Origin: a virus
Taxonomy: Duplodnaviria > Caudoviricetes
DNA: 64,000 nucleotides
Virus record (IMG/VR): IMGVR_UViG_3300032219_000848
Span: 1-64,000 of that record
Reading direction: 5' to 3' (one strand)
In this document: piece after piece, positions 50,741-57,230 of the stretch
Layout: each line of letters opens with the position of its first letter
Position numbering within the stretch: position 1 is the stretch's first letter
The notes under the pieces: generated by a model
The model's input: the letters and a program-made list of their open reading frames with translations, nothing else
What the model was told of the DNA's origin: nothing
The model's database searches: none
Translations under genes and position numbers: made by a program

Positions 50741-50764
50741 ACCCTTGGCAGAGGTCAACTGCCG
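50741..50764 (+). promoter_or_regulatory. Two-stem/pseudoknot element copy 4
   Basis: acc-ct-tggcag-a-ggt-caa-ctgccg; ends 10 nt before the ATG at 50775. Confidence 0.5.
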
Positions 50765-50774
50765 TAATACAAAT

Positions 50775-51476
50775 ATGAATGCATACATAATTCAATCAGG
50801 ACATTTCTCTAAAGCAGGGAATTTCATGGGAATCTCAGTAAAAGGTGAAAGGATTCACATCTACAAGAAGGACATTATTAGACTATTTCCACAAGTTGGA
50901 ATAGTCTATCGATGCTTGGGACAATACGAGAAGGAACTAGTCAAGTTACCATTCTACTGTCTAGCAGAAGAGAAGACATTTGATCAAATTGATTTCGATG
51001 GAAATAAGACAGGAGAGAAATTTACTAGACTTACAGCCATTGAGATACGTGAGCATGAGTACGAGATTAAGACTGTTCTAGTTAATTCTAGAATCGTGAG
51101 TCTAGAGATGGACTTACATTGCTGTAAACAAGACTATGATAAGTTACAGGAAGAGTATGATGCACTTGTAGCAAAAGTAGAAGACTATAATGCTAATGCT
51201 GAACTAAATGAATGCAGGATGGTGATTGATCATCTCACAAATCAGATTGAGGATCTAGAAGAAGAGAATGATAAACTTACTCGTGAGCTACAAACAGCAA
51301 ACTGGAACTATGAGTATGCTCAGTCAGAACGTGAAAGACTAGAGCTATTATGCAAAGAGCATGAGTATACAATAATAGAACTGTTAAAAGATAATGATGA
51401 ACTAGAGAAGTACAAGAAAACATTTGAGACAGTTCTGACATCATATCATATTAATCAATTAATTAATAACGTTTAA
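50775..51476 (+). CDS. Early paralog A: GNF.G...GERIH.Y domain plus coiled coil
   Basis: The N-terminal ~100 aa align with the ORFs at 51879 and 52440; heptad-rich C-terminus; ATG at 50775. Confidence 0.7.
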   Translation: MNAYIIQSGHFSKAGNFMGISVKGERIHIYKKDIIRLFPQVGIVYRCLGQYEKELVKLPFYCLAEEKTFDQIDFDGNKTGEKFTRLTAIEIREHEYEIKTVLVNSRIVSLEMDLHCCKQDYDKLQEEYDALVAKVEDYNANAELNECRMVIDHLTNQIEDLEEENDKLTRELQTANWNYEYAQSERERLELLCKEHEYTIIELLKDNDELEKYKKTFETVLTSYHINQLINNV

Positions 51477-51489
51477 ACAATAAATAACA

Positions 51490-51792
51490 ATGGCAAATTA
51501 CCTAACATTATTTGACAAGACCTCTAAGGAGGCAGCATCTCTCATTAGCATTGATGAGAGAATCTGTAAAGAAGTGTATCACGTAGAACCTCATGATAAA
51601 GATTGGGGATCTGATGTGTTTGATTGGTACAATACAATTGGCTTCCAATTATCAACTGGTAAAAGCATAGAAGAAGTTAGACAACACTATGTCACTTCTG
51701 ACTTGTGGACAGAAGAACTTCCTACAATACTTCCTGTAATAGAGTTCTTAGAGAATAATTACACACCAAAAGCATCATGGCGTTGGTCATAA
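51490..51792 (+). CDS. Hypothetical early protein
   Basis: 100-aa ORF. Confidence 0.65.
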   Translation: MANYLTLFDKTSKEAASLISIDERICKEVYHVEPHDKDWGSDVFDWYNTIGFQLSTGKSIEEVRQHYVTSDLWTEELPTILPVIEFLENNYTPKASWRWS

Positions 51793-51878
51793 TGTTCATT
51801 AGAAAATCCTTTTAATAAAATAAATTAATTAATAAACAACTAAAATGGGAACAGGAGAAATAGCTGAACAAAAAAACA

Positions 51879-52262
51879 ATGAAGAATTACGTAATTAACA
51901 ACGGATCATTTACTGCACAAGGTAACTTCTCAGGATACACTGCCATGGGAGAACGCATTCACATGTATGCTAGACAGATGTCATCACTAGACTGGGAAGC
52001 AAATGAGGATGTGAAGTATCCATTCTATGCAATTGCAAAGGAGAAAGAGATTGAGCCACTAGGAACTGATGGCAAGCCAACTGGAGAGAAGACAATGCGA
52101 TTAACAGCATTGTCAGTATTCAAGAGTAAAGCTGACATCACGAGTGCTAGATCCGAAGCAGCATTGCTTGACATTGAGATTACTAAATCCATTCAAGAGC
52201 AGGCAGAGAAGGTTGGCATTAGTCAAGATGTCCTTGACGTGCTACTAGCAGCATCAGTGTAA
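51879..52262 (+). CDS. Early paralog B
   Basis: 127 aa, 101/127 identical to paralog C by manual alignment. Confidence 0.8.
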   Translation: MKNYVINNGSFTAQGNFSGYTAMGERIHMYARQMSSLDWEANEDVKYPFYAIAKEKEIEPLGTDGKPTGEKTMRLTALSVFKSKADITSARSEAALLDIEITKSIQEQAEKVGISQDVLDVLLAASV

Positions 52263-52270
52263 TGCTAAAC

Positions 52271-52331
52271 GGGAGAGGAAATGTTCTCTCCCATTACTAA
52301 CCAAGAGAGGGGCACATGCCTCTCTCTTTTT
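52271..52331 (+). terminator. Tandem hairpins/intrinsic terminator
   Basis: gggagagga/ttctctccc, then agagagggg/cctctctct followed by TTTTT. Confidence 0.7.
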
Positions 52332-52439
52332 CCCTCGTCTTGTTCATCAGACTACATCCCTATAGATATGGGAGTATAACTAATATGTAGTTATATATCT
52401 AAAACTTATATTTATAAACAATTTAAAATTAAAATTATC

Positions 52440-52823
52440 ATGAAAAATTACGTGATTAACAATGGTACGTTTACAGGTCAAGGAAATTTCTCAGGCTATA
52501 CAGCTATGGGAGAGCGTGTGCACATCTATGCTCGTCAGATGGCTTCATTAGGATGGGAGATGAGCGAAGATGTAACTTTTCCTTTCTATTGCATTGGTGC
52601 AGAAAAGGAAATTGAGCCATTAGGTTTAGATGGTAAGCCTACAGGTGAGAAAGCAATTCGTCTAACTGCTCTATCTGTATTTAAAAACAAGGCAGATATC
52701 ACTCAAGCTCGTAGTGAATCTATTATGTTAGACATAGAGATTAACAAATCTATTGCTGAACAAGCTGAGAAAGTAGGTATTAGCCAAGAAGTGTTAGATA
52801 CCTTATTAGCTGCTTCTATTTAA
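52440..52823 (+). CDS. Early paralog C
   Basis: 127-aa tandem duplicate of 51879-52262. Confidence 0.8.
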   Translation: MKNYVINNGTFTGQGNFSGYTAMGERVHIYARQMASLGWEMSEDVTFPFYCIGAEKEIEPLGLDGKPTGEKAIRLTALSVFKNKADITQARSESIMLDIEINKSIAEQAEKVGISQEVLDTLLAASI

Positions 52824-52837
52824 TAGTGTGTGTAATA

Positions 52838-52869
52838 CAAGAGGGGGAATAAATCCCTCTCTTGTTTTT
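52838..52869 (+). terminator. Intrinsic terminator
   Basis: caagaggggga/tccctctcttg followed by TTTTT. Confidence 0.7.
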
Positions 52870-53106
52870 ATATATATAGTTAAACAGAAGATTATATAGG
52901 TAAAATAATAAATACATATATAATATTTGGTTTTAAAAAGTTTTTACGCGGAGCTTACCAAATATTCTTTGGTTTTTATATGTTTGGGAAAGCATTAAAT
53001 GGTGGTAGTGTAACCCTTCAACAGATAAATAGGTAAATTGAATAAACCTAAAAAAGACATAAGTTTAAATTATATAGCATTAATAACCCTTTTAAATAAC
53101 AAAGAT

Positions 53107-53334
53107 ATGTATGCAAGCAGAATGGGAGTTCATAATATGTTCTCTAATCAAAATGAGTCTGAATATGTCATTATTAATAATGAACATAATAGTCATCGTG
53201 CAGCTCAGTTTAATATAGCTTACGAAGGTGGGTTTTTAACTCATGTAGGTGATGGCTTTTTTAAAGTAAAGCGTATTGTTGCCAATAATCTAGGTCTTGT
53301 CATTATGTGTGATGCAGATCAAAGAATGTATTGA
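53107..53334 (+). CDS. Hypothetical protein
   Basis: ATG at 53107 preceded by the CCTTTTAAATAA leader. Confidence 0.55.
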   Translation: MYASRMGVHNMFSNQNESEYVIINNEHNSHRAAQFNIAYEGGFLTHVGDGFFKVKRIVANNLGLVIMCDADQRMY

Positions 53335-53338
53335 GTAT

Positions 53339-53370
53339 AAGGGAGAATAATTCTCCCTTTTTTTTTTTTT
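53339..53370 (+). terminator. Intrinsic terminator
   Basis: aagggagaa/ttctccctt hairpin followed by a T13 run. Confidence 0.75.
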
Positions 53371-53393
53371 CAACCTTTTAAATAAATAAAGAA

Positions 53394-53582
53394 ATGAATA
53401 GAGAACATATACATAAACGTATTAATAAGATTAGTAATAGATTACAGAAGTATAAAGCTAACTATGATACAATGTATTCTTCACAATATAAACTAGAGAA
53501 GAACAGAATAGCTCGTGTTGATCTTGTTATTAGTAGAAATGAGAAAATGTTAGCTTATTATCAATCTTTACTTATTGAGTAA
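53394..53582 (+). CDS. Hypothetical basic helical protein
   Basis: 62 aa. Confidence 0.55.
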   Translation: MNREHIHKRINKISNRLQKYKANYDTMYSSQYKLEKNRIARVDLVISRNEKMLAYYQSLLIE

Positions 53583-53817
53583 TGCATCAGTCTATCTTCC
53601 CAAAGGATAGCAAACATACGTACCTCCAAGAATAGCCTATTGTGGTGATAGGCAACGTGCGTTTGAATGCAGAGGGAGATTTTATACAAGCTACCTTAGT
53701 AGCATACTTTTATTAGTTGGCAGATCTAGTTATCAAGAACTGTCTATCTTTTATGGTGGAAGGATAAAACCATTATTTATAACATTGTATTTTCAAACCT
53801 TTTAAATAATAACAAAA

Positions 53818-54126
53818 ATGAAAACATTTAATGATTTAGAATTTACTGAAATAGTAAATGACTATACTGTTAATGGTAAAAGAGCACGTATGATGTTTGA
53901 TAATGGATATGGTGTATCTGTTGTACAATCAGACATGACATATGGTGGTAAAGAAGGACTATATGAATTAGCTGTATTAGATGATGAAGAAGGTGGTCAG
54001 ATCTATTATACATCAATAACAATGGATGTGTTAGGTTGGCTTACAGAAGACGATGTAACAACACATATGTCTGAAATACAAGGCTTACCATTATTAACAG
54101 CTGAAACTGATAAATCAACCTTTTAA
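53818..54126 (+). CDS. Hypothetical phage protein
   Basis: 102 aa; FDNGYGVSVV...YGG..GLYELAVL...DVLGWLT, a pattern that looks like a common small phage protein family. Confidence 0.7.
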   Translation: MKTFNDLEFTEIVNDYTVNGKRARMMFDNGYGVSVVQSDMTYGGKEGLYELAVLDDEEGGQIYYTSITMDVLGWLTEDDVTTHMSEIQGLPLLTAETDKSTF

Positions 54127-54137
54127 ATAATACATAT

Positions 54138-54344
54138 ATGTTAATTACAATGACTAGTATGATATCAAAAACTACATCCACTAAGGATGTTGATATTACA
54201 ATAGAACAACTATTTAGAATAAAGCATGAAAAAGAGCTTATACAAAATGTTGTTCCACATCTGTCTATAGAAGATAGAGAGTTTTTAATATCTGGTATAA
54301 CATCAGAAGAATGGAAAGAATTGTTTCACACTATAGAAGACTAA
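54138..54344 (+). CDS. Hypothetical phage protein
   Basis: 68 aa; LIQ...P.LS...REFLISGIT.EEW..LF. Confidence 0.7.
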   Translation: MLITMTSMISKTTSTKDVDITIEQLFRIKHEKELIQNVVPHLSIEDREFLISGITSEEWKELFHTIED

Positions 54345-54434
54345 ATGAAAAACGAACTTATGGAATTGTTATGTACCATCATCTTCATATTGATTGTTGT
54401 GATGTTTAGTATTCTTATTGTTTCAACTCTTTAA
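54345..54434 (+). CDS. Very small single-TM peptide (29 aa)
   Basis: MKNELMELLCTIIFILIVVMFSILIVSTL*; abuts the upstream stop. Confidence 0.45.
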   Translation: MKNELMELLCTIIFILIVVMFSILIVSTL

Positions 54435-54449
54435 ACTTTTTAAATCATT

Positions 54450-54653
54450 ATGAAAGCAATTATTATCATTCGTTGGTTCATCATTATATATATAGTGACA
54501 TTTTTGTGTCTTGATTTGTACATCATCACTAATTCAGATGTTGTTACAAAGTATGGCTGGGATAATATACAATTAACATTATTGTGGCTATTTGCTTTTA
54601 TGGCTGCATCTGTGTTATATGTTACAATTAGTACAAACCCAAGGAGACAATAA
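54450..54653 (+). CDS. Small two-TM membrane protein
   Basis: 67 aa with two hydrophobic segments. Confidence 0.6.
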   Translation: MKAIIIIRWFIIIYIVTFLCLDLYIITNSDVVTKYGWDNIQLTLLWLFAFMAASVLYVTISTNPRRQ

Positions 54654-54713
54654 TGTCTCTTTGGTTTAAATTAGTAAACAGATTTTTTATTCACATATTT
54701 TAAATAAACAAAA

Positions 54714-54929
54714 ATGAGAGCACTTTTAAAAAAACAAGAAGACAAAAAAGAAATAGTTAGATATTGTACAATTGTATCGCCTGTACAAGTAGAAGAAGCA
54801 CGAAAATCAGGTGATTCTAGAGCAAAGATTCTTGTAGAAACCCACATAAATACACGTGGTAAAAAACAAGAACCGTTCTACAAAAAATTAGATACAATTG
54901 AAGTGGAGTATTCACAACTGAAATTTTAA
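54714..54929 (+). CDS. Hypothetical protein
   Basis: 71 aa. Confidence 0.6.
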   Translation: MRALLKKQEDKKEIVRYCTIVSPVQVEEARKSGDSRAKILVETHINTRGKKQEPFYKKLDTIEVEYSQLKF

Positions 54930-55028
54930 TTGTATAAGAAATTCACCATTACCTAAAGCACAAAGTCTCGGTGTGAGTAGGGAGAGAGCAAATCATAGTT
55001 ATACAAGTTGGTGTGAGTATAACTATAT

Positions 55029-55133
55029 AGTCAGGTGGCGGAATAATGGTAGACGCAGGAGTTCTGAAAGCTCCACGTAAGATGTAGCGAGAGCTTTGAT
55101 CATCTCATGCAGGTTCGAATCCTGTCCTGATTA
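55029..55133 (+). tRNA. Aberrant tRNA-like RNA (Leu/Ser-type D arm, non-canonical anticodon loop, 34-nt extra arm)
   Basis: Acceptor AGTCAGG/CCTGATT+A; D arm TGGCGGAATAATGGTAGACGC; T arm GCAGG-TTCGAAT-CCTGT; middle hairpin GGAGT-TCTGAAA-GCTCC; no encoded CCA. Confidence 0.7.
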
Positions 55134-55166
55134 CTAAAATTATTTTTTAACTTAAATTACACACAC

Positions 55167-55394
55167 ATGTCAAATCACGTATCATTGTATTCTTCTCTAT
55201 TACATAGAAAAGGATATGCAAAGAAGTCAGCTTGGTTAGAATTTATATTCAATGACCAATGTACACACATTGAACTTATTGTTCAAGGAGTTACTTACAG
55301 TTTTTCAGATGTTAGTCATCTACATACAGACGAAAGTCTTATGCATGATGAGATATTTGATGATAACTGTCTGTTAGTTCCTACAAACATATAA
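55167..55394 (+). CDS. Hypothetical protein
   Basis: 75 aa. Confidence 0.5.
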   Translation: MSNHVSLYSSLLHRKGYAKKSAWLEFIFNDQCTHIELIVQGVTYSFSDVSHLHTDESLMHDEIFDDNCLLVPTNI

Positions 55395-55476
55395 GATTTA
55401 TGTGTGTAGTCCTGAGCATGACACAAAACTGCTCAATTATTAATTCTTTTACATTTAATATAGCATTCTTATAAAT

Positions 55477-55647
55477 ATGAAATATTTAGATAAGTTTATG
55501 GAAGTATACATTTGGTTAGCTATGGCTATTCTTATGTTGTTAGCATGCGTACAGCACATTGATGCTGGTAATACATACACAGGATTTTGTATGTTGTTTA
55601 TAGGAATAGTATTCTTATATATGTTTAAAAAGAATAGGTTTAATTGA
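55477..55647 (+). CDS. Small two-TM membrane protein (56 aa), not in the ORF track
   Basis: MKYLDKFMEVYIWLAMAILMLLACVQHIDAGNTYTGFCMLFIGIVFLYMFKKNRFN*. Confidence 0.55.
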   Translation: MKYLDKFMEVYIWLAMAILMLLACVQHIDAGNTYTGFCMLFIGIVFLYMFKKNRFN

Positions 55648-55675
55648 TTTTCATAGAAGGGTTTAAGCGTAAAAT

Positions 55676-55711
55676 AAAGGGCTGATGTTATACGTCAGTC
55701 CTTTTTTGTTT
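55676..55711 (+). terminator. Intrinsic terminator
   Basis: aaagggctgatg/cgtcagtccttt followed by a T-tract. Confidence 0.7.
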
Positions 55712-55734
55712 TCCCTTCTAATAACAAACATTTT

Positions 55735-56025
55735 ATGGAACAATTAAAATCTGGTGTTAAGATTAAATTTATAGTGGGTGATGATTTCTATGTATATGAA
55801 GTTAATCCTAGTTATTTAGAATTAAAAAAAACTTCAGGAGAATATAGTAATGCTGCTATATTCAACGCTCTTGGTATTAGTGAAGATGAAAAATACGAAT
55901 TAGCTACAAAATATTATGGCTATCCTGTATCACAAGGTGTTTGGCCTTCATATAGAGATTATGATACAGCTACAGAGTTAGTTAAGCATTTATATGATTT
56001 ATGTAATATTCACAATACTAAATAA
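55735..56025 (+). CDS. Hypothetical protein
   Basis: 96 aa. Confidence 0.6.
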   Translation: MEQLKSGVKIKFIVGDDFYVYEVNPSYLELKKTSGEYSNAAIFNALGISEDEKYELATKYYGYPVSQGVWPSYRDYDTATELVKHLYDLCNIHNTK

Positions 56026-56112
56026 ATAAAAAATGGAAGATTTAATTTGTCAAATTTCATACTTTCTATTAGGAATATTAATAGGTATGAAAATTCACAG
56101 TTTATTACGAAA

Positions 56113-56475
56113 ATGAGAGCAATAGTTATTGACGCATGGTCCAACGATGTAAGGGAGGTTACAATTGTTGATGAAGCTAGTATGTTAGAACAAATGTACG
56201 AGCTTATTGGATGTTCAACTGTAGAATGTGTGAGTTTACCTGGAGGTAATGACCTTTGGGTAGATGAAGAAGGACTTTTGTTCTTAACAGAAAACAGTAG
56301 ATTCTTTACATATGGGCAAGTTATGCCTATACATGGAAGAGGAATTATTTTAGGATTAGATCGTAAGACAGGAGAATCTAAGAGCACAAAACTGAAACTG
56401 GAAGATGTTACAGATGGTGTTGACTTTTATTCTATAGATGAAGTACGACAACTAGTTAGAAAAGAAGAGTATTAA
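56113..56475 (+). CDS. DUF3846-like protein
   Basis: LEQMYELIGCSTVECV...LWVDEEGLL...IHGRGIILG pattern; ATG at 56113 coupled (ATGA) to a 27-aa ORF at 56033-56116. Confidence 0.6.
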   Translation: MRAIVIDAWSNDVREVTIVDEASMLEQMYELIGCSTVECVSLPGGNDLWVDEEGLLFLTENSRFFTYGQVMPIHGRGIILGLDRKTGESKSTKLKLEDVTDGVDFYSIDEVRQLVRKEEY

Positions 56476-56492
56476 TTTTTAAAAACACACAA

Positions 56493-57128
56493 ATGGAAAA
56501 GATTACATTTAATCATGACTCAATCGAAATCTACGAGTCATTTAGTTTAACAAAAGAACAGGCTGATAAATTAGAGTCTGTTATTGTATTTGAATCAATC
56601 GTTGCAAATTCTATTATTAATAGAGATTACAAAGATGATGAAAGTTCAGCACCTCGTGTATTACGTACAAAAACAGGTGTGTTGTCACGTTCTCTAAAGT
56701 ATGCAGCTACAGAAATGGAAAGATTATTCTTAACATTTGTATTTGCTACAAGAGCTCAAAATGCTAACACAATATTATCTGCTGTAGATGCATTTAATGA
56801 TGCATCTACCAACTATGAGTTAAAAGCTAAGTTAATTAAACATGCAGAAAAACATTTTGGTGATAGAATGTCTAAAAGCATGATTGAGAAACATCTTGAA
56901 GAAATGATAGCTAAACAAGGTAGACCATTGAAGCAATTTAAGAAACTTGTTCGTCAAGTGGAGAATTCTAACTATGATTTTAGTTTATTTAAAGCTATGA
57001 TTGATGAAGAAGAATCATCATCATATATCATGGAAATCATAGAAGATACAATGCAAAGCATTGAAAGGCTTAAAGATGAAGGGATGTTTAAAATGGGTTC
57101 TCGTGATGATGAGAATGATGAAGATTAA
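56493..57128 (+). CDS. Hypothetical helical protein
   Basis: 211 aa. Confidence 0.65.
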   Translation: MEKITFNHDSIEIYESFSLTKEQADKLESVIVFESIVANSIINRDYKDDESSAPRVLRTKTGVLSRSLKYAATEMERLFLTFVFATRAQNANTILSAVDAFNDASTNYELKAKLIKHAEKHFGDRMSKSMIEKHLEEMIAKQGRPLKQFKKLVRQVENSNYDFSLFKAMIDEEESSSYIMEIIEDTMQSIERLKDEGMFKMGSRDDENDED

Positions 57129-57230
57129 CAGTTGTGTGTGAATCAGAGGATAAGAGGGTAGCATATAAAATTGCTATCCTCATTCTCAATTAAACACATT
57201 ATAATTTAAAACTTAATTAATAACAAAGAA

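Noticed and set aside
49476-52262. Apparent depletion of T-runs in the first early block
   Set aside because: I saw only two TTTT runs by eye, but the contrast with later coding regions was not large enough to claim without computation.
52979-52986. Plus-strand TATGTTTG -7 box
   Set aside because: There is no TTTG at the expected 19-21 nt spacing, so it is too weak to call a promoter.
55134-55166. Theta/HDV-like ribozyme downstream of the tRNA-like RNA
   Set aside because: The 3' trailer is unstructured AT-rich sequence with no nested pseudoknot.
49443-55435. CRISPR array or mini-array interpretation of the intergenic repeats
   Set aside because: The repeats are short, separated by whole genes rather than fixed-length spacers, and conserved in structure more than sequence; no cas genes are present.
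56010-56387. Minus-strand 125-aa ORF
   Set aside because: Antisense to the DUF3846-like gene in a uniformly plus-strand region.
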